A DNA stretch of 64,000 nt from Vicugna vicugna (taxonomy: Eukaryota): contig MU057503.1 of NCBI GenBank assembly GCA_013265495.1, positions 186,001-250,000 of the forward strand, read 5' to 3'. Shown here piece after piece: positions 1 to 12,320 of the stretch. The stretch's first letter is position 1. Each line of letters opens with the position of its first letter. Both the position numbers and the translations under genes were made by a program. A model generated the notes under the pieces. It saw only the letters and a list, made by a program, of their open reading frames with translations, did not search any database and was not told where the DNA came from.

Positions 1-59
1 TCTCCACACTTTGTATTATTGACACATGTACATGTGCTTGTGTGTTCATCAATTTCATG

Positions 60-450
60 AGAATAATGTGGTATGGGGTTAATTTGTATTTTTCTCATTG
101 CTAATGAGATTAAGCATCTTCTCATATATAGAGAGGTCATTCTGATTTTCCGTTCTGTGACTCGCCCTTTTTTTTCTTTTTTTAAAAAATTAATTTAAAA
201 GAATTTTTCATGTATTCTAATCCTTTGTTGATTATAAGTAGTATAAATATCTTCCCTAACTTTTTTACTTGGTGCCTTTGTTGAATAGCTTTTCATTTTA
301 ACCTCACAGTTTCATCAACCTTTACGTTTAAGATTTTGTGCTTTTTGTCTTAACTCTTCCTGTATTCTAAGGTAACAAGGATTTTCTCCTATATGTTTTT
401 TGAAAATTATACTTTTGCATTCACATTTGTGTTTTTCATCCAACTACAAT
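60..450 (-). mobile_element. Old L1 fragment, antisense
   Basis: Degenerate antisense L1 ORF2-end phrases such as 'tgctaatgagattaagcatcttctcatat' and 'tcacatttgtgtttttcatccaact'. Boundaries approximate. Confidence 0.55.
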
Positions 451-461
451 TTATTTTTGTA

Positions 462-1171
462 CAGTTTCTGCTGTAACACAGCATGTGTTCCTAAAAATCA
501 CTGTGCTATATGCAAAATCATGCAATAAAAACCACAGGGCATATGGGAAAGATAGGATTGGGGCACAGCACTTTGAAAAATTTTTGTCAGTGACAGTTTT
601 TTTAAAAAAGATGCTCAATAAAAATGGTAGCACAGTTTTACACATGTTAAATGTTTAAGAAATACATAAATACTCCAATAAATATCATATTTCCATTTTG
701 AAAAAGACAAAGTTTGCTTGTGGAAGTGGGGATCAAAAGGGTTGCAGCTTGTGAATCTATTTTGAAGTCGTGGGAAGAAAGGTTATCTGAAATCTGCTAA
801 GAAGTTTTAACAGCAGATGTGGAGAATGTGGCTCATAACACACGTGGTAAATGTAGGTAAACGTTTGAAATGCATGTTTTGTGTATGCCTCTGCTGCTCA
901 GCATAGCTGGGTAGTTTCCCACATTTACCTAGTGTTTGTTTCAGAGTTAGGACTAGGGTGAAGCAAGCAAGGGACCTAGGGTGTTAAAATTTAAGGAAGC
1001 ACACTCCCTGTTAGGGTCCCTTGGCATCTCATTTGCCTCACCATAGTCCTTGCCCTGCTTGTGGATGAATTAGTGCTTAAGCATACACTGTATTTGCATT
1101 ATTGTTTCCTTATATATCAGTCATGTTTAACACATTCAGGTTTTTAAGAAGCTCTAAGTTAGAACTGACTG
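462..1171. mobile_element. TcMar-Tigger-like DNA transposon fossil
   Basis: Starts ta|cagtttctgctgtaac and ends near gttagaactgactg, inverted-terminal-like ends. Internal 'aaaatcatgcaataaaaaccacaggg' recalled from Tigger13-like elements. Confidence 0.5.
942..1057. mobile_element. Short hAT-type MITE (MER96-like) nested in the Tigger-like fossil
   Basis: Terminal inverted repeats 942-967 and 1032-1057 match at 20/26 positions, with CAG...CTG ends. Confidence 0.65.
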
Positions 1172-1339
1172 CCCATGTAGGTAGAGCTCTAATTTTTTTC
1201 TGTGTGCACAGCCAGATCTTTCTCCACTGGTTTGTAATGATGCTTTTAGCATATAAGGTGGTTCTTACTTCTTTATGCTATTTTCATTGGTCCTTTTGCT
1301 TCTCCCTATGCTAATATCGCATTTTCTTAAGCACACGTC

Positions 1340-1500
1340 TGGCACTAACTTTGTAACCATGGGAAGTGAATTTCTGTGTGCCTATGAAATTATAATAGTG
1401 CCTGCCTCATTGATTAGTTAAGTAAATGAGCCAATATATTAAAGTGCTTAGAAGTATGTGCCTGGCCCAAGAGTAAAGTTCAAGTGCTATTTTGTTATTA
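1340..1500 (+). mobile_element. MIR SINE
   Basis: MIR core and tail phrases: 'ataatagtgcctgcctcat', 'aaagtgcttagaa', 'tgcctggc'. Confidence 0.65.
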
Positions 1501-4286
1501 AAAGTAATTCATGTAACAACTTAATAAAGAGTCTTGATATGTAGTAGACTGAGATTGCCATCTTGTTTTTCCTTTTCCAAACTGAGAGTAAATGGGGAAA
1601 AGCTTATGAAAGGATTCCCTGAGAAAGTGACATTTAGACTATCTGAAAGATGGTAGGAGTTAACTAGGTTTTGAGAGCATAGCAGAATATTTGAAGCAGA
1701 AGGAACTATAAGGTAGAAAATAGTGTATCCAAGAACTAGATCTCAGCATAAAGAAAAATGGTACTGGAGACTAGAGAGGTAGGTAGGAGCAGATCATATC
1801 ATGCAGGACCTGTTAGGCAATGTTAAAGGTTTTACACTTCATCTTAAAGTCAGTTACAACCGTTTGGTATTGGTGCAGGCATAGGTGTAACTACTCAAAA
1901 AAGAAGCTCAGGAGCTAAAGTTGGGCCCATCTGAACCCTAATAGATAACAAAGATTGAGAGTGCAGTTGAGACTATGTAATGAATTCAGGTCCTTGTTCA
2001 CTTACTTGTAATCTTGGTGAGCTATTGATTTTGTTCTAGGCTTTTATCAGTTCAAATTGTGGAATCTTATGTTTTGGGCAGATTCATAGATTAAGAGTTT
2101 TACAGCAGTACAAATTTATGTAAATGTCTTGAAATAAAATTTTTTCATTTATATGCCCACTTCTAATTTCATGGGTATACCTAAGAAGACTGCACATCAT
2201 TTTGGTAATAGGTGCTCCCGTTTTTTCTACTTCCCTCATGTGTCATTACCACAGAATTCTATAAGTAAGATATAGGTACCTGTAATAGAAATATGATGCC
2301 CTGTTTCAGTTGAAGGTAGTGTTGAAAATTAAATGGGAGAGTTTCCTCTCATGATAGTTTCATACAGAAAGCAGTCACTTCAAGATCGAGGAAAGAGAGT
2401 TGAACTAGAAATGTTATGGCAGCAGGTAAATACTGCCCAGGGCAACCCTGCACTGAAACTAAAGAATTTATTAAATACTTTGGAAGCTGAAACCCCATCT
2501 TTTAGAAATATCTTTTAAGTAAATATGAATAGAATTTTGATAGTATTCCACAGATAGTTTTTAATGTTAGTTGTATATGTGACTTTTTAAAGTATAGTAT
2601 TATTGTTAATCTATAAATTCAGTGCAATTCCAATCAGAATCTTATTTGGGTTTTTTTGTGAAACTTGATAAACTGATTCTGAATTCATACGGAAAAGCAA
2701 AAAGTCAAATATAGTTAAGACAGTTTGCAACAAGAAGCAGCTGGGGAAATGTGCCCAAATAATAACATTATTAAAGTAATTAAGATAATGAAACTGGCAC
2801 AGTGATAGAACAATAGATGAATGGAATAGGGGAAAGGCCACTTAGTATGACATTTATTTGCAAAGAAAGCAAATAGAACGTCTGATTATCCTATTTAGAT
2901 TGCAAGAGAGAAAGGGACTAAAAATTTTTTAGTGGGTGATGTACAATTAAGTATAATTTTCCTTATTATCAGTTTAGCATCTAAGGTCATTGATAGTCTG
3001 TTCTATTTACTTTAGAAACAAGGTTTTCTTAAAACTTAGTTTTTCAACTTTTTTCCTTCTCTCATAAGTCTCAAAATCTACTATATGGGGGCTCAGTTGC
3101 ATAACGCTGACAGTGGGTTTGGAATATTCATGTATAGATAATTCTGCCTCACCAGCTTTTAGGGAATTTAACTGCTGATGAATGTTCTTTAAGAATTGTG
3201 GGGTTTTGTTAGGTTGGTGCCTTTGCTTCAGGTATTTTCAGATATAACTATAGCATTTCATTCCTGTGGTGCTACATGTATAGTGCTGCAAGCAAAGAAA
3301 CATTAAGAGTGGTGTTCTTCTAAAAAACTTGGTTGCACATGAGGGCTTTAAACACCTTGTTAACCTTTATTTTTTTGTTTGCTTGTGATTTAACCTGGTT
3401 AGTGTGGGGGAAATGTTTCTGGAAGAGAATTTAAAATAATTATGAACTAGTGACAAATCATGATAGGTATAATACAAATACATTTGTAAAGTTTTTAAGG
3501 TCTATCATTTTTTTATGCTTTCTTTGCTAGAGAACCATTATTTTACTTTTTCTGTCACTGGTCATCTGATAAACTAATCTAGGTATTTGAAATAAGATGA
3601 ATATAGTTTCAGTAATGCTTACGATGCTTGGTGTATTACACTTTTGAAATCAATCAAAAACCAACCCTGCTTGCCCCAGCAGATTTTATTTATGTATGAG
3701 AAACAGTTGGAGACAGTATTGTTGTTATTAGCTTTTGTTAGTAAGGCAGCTAATTATTGTTAGTTTCTTTTAAACTTGGATTATAATTACTATAATCAAT
3801 CTTACAAACCTCTAGTAATTGCTTTCCTTACCCCCAAAAGAATACAGTAAAATGTATAAAATTAACCTACTATATAGTTGTAAGTTTTGTTGTAAAAGAG
3901 CCATTTTTCATATTTGTATTTTACCATGTTGCATTTTAAATTTTGTTTTGATTGATTCTTACAATTACCATTTGAATCTTCAGTTGGCAAATATTTTATT
4001 GACTATCTTTTGCATTTTTTAAGTGCTGTTAAGGATTTTTTTAACGTGTATATTAATAGTTGTCTTTAGTAGATATTTTGTAGAACAATAGAAAATACTT
4101 TACACAAGTAATACTTACACAAGAAGTATTTTTCTTCTAATACTGTGCCATTACAGTTATACTCAGTAATCCTTTGAAGGAGGCATGTGCTTTGATATAC
4201 AATGAAATATAAAAAATAGATAACATTTCTACTACTGTTCGTATAGTTTTAGGTATTTTCCTTTACTGATTTCTTTTCTTTTTTAG

Positions 4287-4414
4287 GTACCTAGTTGATA
4301 GTCGCTGGTTCAAACAGTGGAAAAAATATGTTGGCTTTGACAGTTGGGACAAATACCAGATGGGAGATCAAAATGTGTATCCTGGACCTATTGATAACTC
4401 TGGACTTCTTAAAG
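4287..4414 (+). CDS. USP15: USP15 coding exon 2 (128 bp; DUSP domain)
   Basis: Acceptor ttcttttttag|G, donor AAAG|gtatta. Translates (W)[42 protein letters not shown], recognised as the USP15 DUSP sequence. Confidence 0.97.
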
Positions 4415-4533
4415 GTATTATTTCCTTCTTTCAGTCAGGTTGTAAATGTGTTCATTGCAATATGTTATGATCAACATATGTAATATGAAAAATGTTAATG
4501 TAAATAAATTGATAAATGAGAAATTTCTTTGTA

Positions 4534-4862
4534 CAGGCATCCCTTGGTGTCCATGGGGGATTGGTTCCAGGACCCCCCTCCTCAGATACTAGAACTACTA
4601 GAACTAGATGCTCAAGTCCCTTATATAAAATGGCATAATATTTGCATATAATCTGTGTGCATCCTCCTGTATACTTTAAATCATCTCTAGATTACTTATA
4701 ATACTTAATACAGTGTAAAAGCTATGTAGATAGTTGCTAGTGCACAGTAAATTGCAGTTTTGCTTTTTGGAACCTTATGAGAATTTTTTCCCCAAAATAT
4801 TTTCTCTCTGGAGTTGGGTTAAATCCACAAATGTGGGACTCATGGTTACAGAGGGCCCACTA
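4534..4862. mobile_element. MER2-like TcMar-Tigger non-autonomous DNA transposon
   Basis: Preceded by TA. Contains 'gggggattggttccaggacccc', 'atgctcaagtcccttatataaaatggc' and 'atactttaaatcatctctagattacttataata'; ends are inverted-repeat-like. Confidence 0.85.
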
Positions 4863-5672
4863 TTATAAATCTGATCTAATGAACTCAGATTATTCTGTCA
4901 TAATTAGTTTTTCTTCTGTACCATGACCAATCTGTTTTTTTAAATTTATTATGTAATAGGGCTTATTACTATTTAAACCTAGAATGTCAATTAAAAAGCA
5001 CTATCTTACTTATTTGGGGGAATGCTATCTTGTGTATTATTTTCCTAATGGACCCATGACTTTTTTTTAAGTTGGAACCATTGGTATATGTTTACATTCT
5101 TTGATTTTTGCATTAATCTTCTATAAATGTTACTACTTGCCAGTTCTTCTAAACCTCTTATTACATTTAAAGAGAATAAAACATAAGTATGAGAACTTCC
5201 ATTTTTGACCAAGATGGAGTAACAGGAATTAGATTTATCCTTCCACTTGAATGAACTGAAACCCTGACAAAATATATGAAACAGTGGTTCTCAAAACATT
5301 GGACATCAGGCAGCAAAGAATAGTAATCCCTGAGAGATAGGAAACAAATGAGGTGACCCCTATGGTTTCCTCAGCTTACTGCACTGAGAGAGTTTCCACG
5401 ACATGGCACAGAAGGGGAAACCCATGCAGAGCCTGGCATTCTTTCTTGAGGAAAGAGTTTGGAGTCCAGGGAAACCAAGGCTGACAAGAGTTTTCAGGAC
5501 AGAGTACCAGAAGAATGAGCAGCACAGAACAGAGAAAGAGCAACCTAGAGATTTATAGGAGCTCTCTTGCGAGCCTTCAGCTGACTGTTGACCAGTGCAT
5601 GTATGTGAAGAAGCTACCTAAGGCCAGGGAAAGAACCACCGAAGAATTAGAAGGGACAGCAATTGAGGCTCA

Positions 5673-6288
5673 TGTTACCAAATCAGATTTGTTTCCCAAA
5701 TGTGCAGCAAACCAAACCCTGAGATGCCAAGGTTTGCAGCAGAGAAAAGGTTTATTCAGGAAGGGAGGAGTCAGGAAAACAAATCTCAGATCCACCTCCC
5801 TGATGGTGAGGGGCTCAGGTATTTGTGGGATAAAGAAGCAGGTAGTCTGAGGCATGAGCTTGAGGAAGGGAAGTTGTAGATAAGAAAAAGGTGAACTAAT
5901 CATCATACTGTGCAGGTGCGACTAAGCTCCTTGCTTCTCTGTGGGATACATGTTCAGAAAATGGCAGCATTAGCATATTCTGAGGGTAGAATTTTGGGCC
6001 CTCTGACGTTAGTAGGTCACTGAGCAGTCATTCACACAAACCCAATTAGGAAGTCGGTGGTCTTAGTCTTAGCCAGCTCTGCCTAAAACTGGACACAGCT
6101 TATTCCAAGTTTCTGAAAAACAACTCATGCAAACATCTTATTGTTTAGGCTGTGTGAGGCTTGGAGGACATACAAGTTTTTGTAAAAACAATTAGAGTGA
6201 ACTTCATCAATGAAGGCAGGTTACAGTTCATTGTTTGTTAAGCAAGTTGTAGTTCAGTGGATCTAACTGATGGGTATCCTCGGTTTCA
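5673..6288 (-). mobile_element. Solo LTR of an endogenous retrovirus (ERV1-like)
   Basis: TG...CA termini (tgttacc...ggtttca), 4-bp flanks CTCA/CTTA, minus-strand AATAAA near 5751-5756, and higher GC than the surrounding L1. Confidence 0.7.
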
Positions 6289-6856
6289 CTTATGTAGGAC
6301 TCATCCAATGAATAATGTGTTCACAGTAGCCAGAGTGGAAAACCTTATAAATCACAGGGTAGACTGCGAAGGACAGGCTTACCTCTATAGAAGGTCAAAA
6401 TTAACTCTTTTTTCCTTCTAAATTGAAAGCATCAAACTATTTCCAAGTAACTTAACTGTGTCTCAGAACAAAACACAGTAGTATTTACAGGAATACAAAG
6501 ATATCCAGCATCCAGCAAGGTGAAAGTTAGAATGCCCTGGATTCAACCAAGTCTTACCTGAATGCAAAGAAACAGAAAAATATGATACATAATGAGGAGA
6601 AATAGCAATGTTTTAAAAAAATTTTTAAGTGGAAAAAAGGAACAAAGAACAAATGAAACAAATATAAAGCAGATAGCAAGATGGTAGATTTAAACTCAGT
6701 TCTGTGAATAATCATATTTAATGTTAATGTCCCAATTTAAGGTAGAGACTGAGATTGTATTTAAAAAAAAAGACCCAAGTGTATACTGTCCACTGGAAAC
6801 CCACCTTAAATATAAAGATACAAATAAATTAAGAGATTGAAAAAGAAATGCCATGT

Positions 6857-7427
6857 TGTGATAAGCAAAATTCTAAGACTGACATCCAATGACCCTCCCT
6901 CTTATATAATCATGTCCCCCTTGAGTGTGGGTGAAACCTGTGAATAGGATAAGATACCATTTCCGTGACTATGTATGACAAAAGGGAGCTTAATTTAATC
7001 ACACATGCCCTTTAAAAGCTGAGATTTCTCTGGCTGGTAGCTGAAGAAGTCAGAATCCAGAGCATGAGAAGGACTCACTGCTGGTTTGAATATATAGAGG
7101 AGCACATGAGAAGGAAGACAGGCATCCTCTAGGAACAGAGAGAGGCGTTGGGCCCACGGCCAGCACAGAAACAAGGACCTCATACCTGTAGCCATGAGGA
7201 ACTGAATTCTGGCAACAACATGAACGGGCTTGGAAGTAGATTCTTCCCCAGAGCCTTCAGATAGGAGACCAGCCTGTCTGACATCTTGATTTCTTCCTTG
7301 TAGGACCCTAAGCAGAAAACCCAGTTGAGCTCACCTGAACTTCTGACCTAAAGAACTTTGAGATATAAGTGGGTGTTATTTTAAGCCACTATAATTATTT
7401 GTTATGTAGCAATAGAAAACAACTACA
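6857..7427 (+). mobile_element. MaLR solo LTR (MLT1 family)
   Basis: TG...CA ends. MLT1 phrases 'cccttgagtgtggg', 'ggaactgaattctggcaacaac', 'ttttaagccacta' and 'gttatgtagcaatagaaaac'. L1 sequence resumes on both sides; degenerate 5-bp flanks catgt/catac. Confidence 0.85.
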
Positions 7428-10349
7428 CATACTAACACTAATCAAAAGAAAGCTGGAGTAGCTATATTAATATCAGACATTAAGTTTTAGAACAGATGAC
7501 ATTACCAGGGATAAAAGTTCAGCTCATAATCATAAATGGGCCAGGACAATTTGTTAAGAGAACATAATAATCCTAAATATATACCCACCTAATGGCATAA
7601 CTTGAAAATATATGAAGCAAAAACTGATAGAACTGCAAAGCGAAATAGAAAAATATCCACAAGTATATGATGAATATTTCAATACTTGTCTCTCTATAAA
7701 TGATAGAAAATGTGTAGACAGAACAGTAGTAATGAAATAAATCAACCAACCTGACTTAATTATTTATAGAATACTCCACTGAACAACATAATGAAAATTC
7801 TTCTCAAGTGTGCTCATGAAGCATTTAGACCATATTCTGCACCATAAAACCTGTCTCAAAAAAGTTAGAAGGATTTAAATCATACAAAATTTCTCTTACT
7901 TCAGTGGAATAAATTAGAAGTTCATAACAAAGATGGGTGGAGCATCTTCAAATATTTGGAAATTAACATGCATCTATGTAACCCAGGGTCAAAAAGAATG
8001 CAAAGGGGAAATTAGCAAATATTTTTAACTAAATGAAAGTGAAAATAAAACATATCACAATTTGTGGAAGGCAGCTAAAAAGTACGTGGAGGGTAGTTTA
8101 TAGTCCTTAATACTTATAAAGAAAAGAAAGTTCTCAAATCAGTGACCTTGGTTTCTGACTTAAGAAGTTAAAAATAAGAACAAATTAAACCTAAATTAAA
8201 CAGTAGAAAGAAAATGCTAGTAAGTTGAGAACAGAAATTAAATATAAAGAGAAAACAGAAAAATAGAGAAACCAAAAATTGGTTCTTTGTAAAGATAATA
8301 AAATTTATAGAACCTAGTTTAATCAGAAGAAAAAGGGAAAAGACAGAATTACCAATATTAGGAACAAGAGAGGTAACATCAGTACAGAATTTACAAATAA
8401 TAAAAGGACAATAAAGGAATATTACAAACTTTATGCCATTAAATTCAGCAAATTAGATAAAAAAGACAGATTCGTTGAAAGATAAAAACTACCAAAGCTC
8501 ATTCCAAATGAATAGTGAACTAACACAAATTGAAATGTTAAAAATACATTTTATGATGGCATCAAAAATGTAAAATACAGGTAAATCTGACAAAGTATAT
8601 GCAAGACACGTACACTGAAAAATACAAGACATTGATGAGATAAATTAAAACCTAAATAGAGAAATTATGTTAGTCAATCAGAAAACTCAATATTGTTAAG
8701 TTCTCCGACTCAGTCTACAGATTCAACATAATTCCCAATCACGTGCCTAGTAAGCTTTTGAAAAAATGCGATAGAATTTACATACCATAAAATTCATCCT
8801 TTTACATTATACAATTCTCTGTTTTGTGGCATATTCACAAATTGTGTGGAGATACACGACATTTAATTTACCTCACCGTCAGTTGATAGACATTTGGGTT
8901 GTTTTAACTTTCTGGCTTTTATAAAAAACAGTGCTCTGAACATCCACGTACAAATCAAAGTTCAGGTGTTTTTGAAAAATAGATACTTAATGCTCAAGCA
9001 GCATTTGTTTAAAAGACTGTCCTCTCTCCAGTGAATTCCTCTTACATATTTGTGTAAAATCAATAGACCGTATACTTGTGGATCTACTTCCGGATTCTCT
9101 AATCTGTTTGATTCTTACCTCACACTATATACAAATATTAACTAAAAACTGACCAAAGACATAAATCTAACAGCCAGAACTATAAAACTCTTAGAGAAAA
9201 TATGTGTAAATCTTTTCCAATCTTGGATTAGGTGACGCTTTCTGACGCCAAAACCACAAGGAACCAAAGGAAAATAATAGATAAATTGGACTTCATCAAA
9301 ATTAATTTGTGCTTTAACGGCACCATCAAGACAGGAAAAGGCAATCCACAGGATGGGAGACAATTTTTGAAAATCATGTCTGATAAGGGGCTAGAATCCA
9401 AAATATATAAATAATTCTTAAAACATAACGTTAATTAGACAAATAACCCAACTAAAAATGGGCACAGGATCTGAACAGACATTTCTCCAAATATAAGCAG
9501 CACAGGTGAGATACTTAACATCATTAATCACTAGGTAAAGACAAATCAAAATCACAAGAGATACCACTTAACACCCATTAGGACGGACCAGTCATTCATT
9601 CCAAGGTGTTTACACGAGAGAAATGAAAGCATCCAAATGAAAATTTGTACACAGGTATTCATAGCAGTGTTATTTGTAATAGTGAAAATTGGAAACAACC
9701 CAAAATGCCCATCAACAGCTGAATGGATAAACAAATTTAATATAATAGCCGTATAATGAAATCCTACTCAGCAATTTACAAGAATGAACTATTGTTACTT
9801 AAAAACATGAATAGATTTCAAGATAATCATGTGGCACAAATGAAGCCAAACAAAGCATTACGTACTAATTTTATATGAGATTCTAAAAAATGCAGATTAG
9901 GCTATATTTGCAAAATATAGATAAGTAGTTTTCAGTGAATAGGACAGTGGACCTGGATGGACAGGACAGATAAAAAGCTCCAAGGAAACCTTTGAGACTG
10001 ACAGAAATGTTCGATATGTTCATCATTTTGGTGGTGATGGCTTCACAGTTGTTTTGATATGTCAAAATTATCAGATTTTACACTTTAGATCTATTGTAGT
10101 AGTTTACTATCTATCACTTTTATATCAACAAACATAGACGTAACAAAAATCAGCTGTTCTATGCTTAATTTAGGGTTGTTCTCCCCTTAAAAATGAGTTG
10201 ATCATTTTATTTTGTCCACTAGATATATATAACTGTCTGGATTCTGGTACATAATAAAATCATTTACCCAAACTCTTAAATTATTGTGGAGAACAGAATA
10301 GAAGTCTTATTTTTTTTAACTTTTTTTTCCTCTTCTTAAATTTTCTTCA

Positions 10350-10670
10350 AGGTAGTCTGTTATAGTGGAGAGAAAATGAATGTTAGAGTAAACAGATACA
10401 TGCTTGAATCCAGTCTCTACAGTTTTCTGTATGTGACCTTGGGCAAGTTAATACCTGAATCTGTTTACTAAGCGAAATGGAGATATCTACTTCATAATAT
10501 TGTTTGGAAAATTAAGAGATAAAATGGTTTTCCCTAATAACACCTTTCATAGTACCTGCAGTTTTCCTTATGAATGATCTTGGGCAAGTTACTCAATTTC
10601 CTTCAATATATTTTCTAATCTAAAACAGAGAGCTACCTATCTTACAGGATTGTTTTGAAAATTGACGCTA
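10350..10670 (+). mobile_element. Two adjacent MIR fragments
   Basis: MIR core occurs twice: 'tgtgaccttgggcaagtta' (~10433) and 'tgatcttgggcaagttact' (~10575). Confidence 0.65.
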
Positions 10671-11820
10671 TAACATGGTTATTGCCCATATGTGATAGTA
10701 CGTGATACATATGGGGGTTTAAGAGTTTCTTTCACTTTCAGAGTGTTCTGAAAATCTGTTCCAAATTGTCAGTTTTGATCATGAATTTAAAAGTTATAGC
10801 TAAAAGTTTAAAAAAAAAAACTGAGTCTAAAAATTCAGTTTTCCCATTTCTGTTCTTCATGAAACATAGTTTTCTCGAAGTTTAGTATGATTATTTGAGC
10901 ATAGATTGATCATCCAGTAAATAACTTTCTTTTAACCCCTTCAGCATTTTTCTTCCTTCTTGATTTATACTTATTTCTAATTAATATTAGTACATTCTCA
11001 TTACTGAAATAGTACCAAGAGCAGTTTTGCTTCCCATGTTTGTTAATTCAAGGCTGGCTCAGAATGAGAGAATCTTCTTATGTTGTAAGTAACTCAGTAA
11101 AGTATTTTCATTTCTGCACTTTGGAAATCAAGTAAAGGACCAGATAATAAATGAGTCTCAGATTAGGACTATGATATAGGTGTAATTCAAGGTATTGCTT
11201 CCAGATCTCTGGCCTGCCCTGTACTAAATTTTAGTTTAACTAAAATTTTGAAATGGATTATAGAATTAGAACCACATCTGAACAACTACTTCTGCTTTAG
11301 ATCTTAGGAGGAATCTAGATCAGGGGCTCTGTGGAGTAATGAATTGGTTCATAAGATGCCCTTTTATGATTTCCATGATGGTTCCCAGCCCAGGTGCTTT
11401 GGCGTCATTGTAAAAGGTTATTGATTTGCTTCAGAATTTTCTTCATCAGCTAATGCTAGAGTGACCACTATTACCATGGGATCTCTGGTACTTAAAATAT
11501 TTGGGAAACAATCTTTATTCAGAACCTGATTCCCTTAGTTAACAATTACATTGTAGTATTTTTTAAGAGCCTAGTAAAAGAAAAATTATGTTTTAAATAT
11601 TGTTGGTTGACTTATGGTACACACTGAAACTTTGTAAAGCAACAGTTGGAATATGTAGACTTAAATATGAACCTCTTCAGGACTTTGTTCAGAACTCATT
11701 ATTTAACTGCCTAAAATAGTCTTCATGAGTTTAAAAAATTTGAAATGTTTACAACCGAAGTATTTAGAGGTATGTAGTATTCTTTCTTTTTATGTATTGA
11801 GTTTATTTTTCCTTTTGCAG

Positions 11821-11951
11821 ATGGTGATGCCCAGTCACTTAAGGAGCATCTTATTGATGAATTGGATTACATACTATTGCCAACTGAAGGCTGGAATAAA
11901 CTTGTCAGCTGGTACACATTGATGGAAGGTCAGGAACCAATAGCACGAAAG
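11821..11951 (+). CDS. USP15: USP15 coding exon 3 (131 bp; DUSP domain)
   Basis: Acceptor ccttttgcag|AT, donor AAG|gtacat. Translates (D)[43 protein letters not shown]; phase matches exon 2. Confidence 0.97.
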
Positions 11952-12149
11952 GTACATATTAAGAATAACTGAATACAAACGTTTTTCTTAACAGTTTACA
12001 ATTTGTTGTTAATTCAGTGACTTAAGAAGCCTCATCAGTTTATCTTGCAGAAAAAGACCATCAAAATGTTACTGTACACTGTATAATAATGCCTGACACA
12101 TACAGAAGGTTTATTATATACTATCCACTGTTACAAGCATATCATACAT

Positions 12150-12320
12150 TATTAACTAATTTAATCCTCATAAAAAAACTCTCTAAGCTAAGTATTATCC
12201 CCATTTTATAGATGAAGAAATGAGGACAGAGACAGAGAGGTTCAGGGTCTTTAAGAAAGTCACATCATTTTACAGCTTACATAGCCTGACTCTGTTTTGT
12301 TACCCACTGTGCTGCACTGC
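12150..12320 (-). mobile_element. MIR SINE, antisense
   Basis: 'tttaatcctcat', 'tattatccccattttatagatgaagaaatgagg'. Confidence 0.7.

Larger units (their letters stand above)
5190..10130 (+). mobile_element. Old fragmented L1 (L1M-type) interrupted by LTRs and antisense L1 pieces
   Basis: A-rich sense strand with decayed ORF2 phrases ('aatcaaaagaaagctggagtagctatatt', 'aaattggacttcatcaaaatt', 'tctgataagggg', 'aaatgcccatcaacagctgaatggataaac'). Antisense pieces near 8765-9110. Confidence 0.8.

Noticed and set aside
1..4286. USP15 exon 1, promoter or CpG island
   Set aside because: The region is AT-rich and CpG-poor with no MAEGG-coding sequence, so exon 1 is upstream of the window.
4295..4483. 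62-aa ORF over exon 2, and 11725..11922 over exon 3
   Set aside because: These are alternative frames overlapping real exons, with no recognisable protein similarity.
5515..5906. 111-aa and 78-aa ORFs
   Set aside because: They lie in L1-derived and LTR sequence, with no known protein motif.
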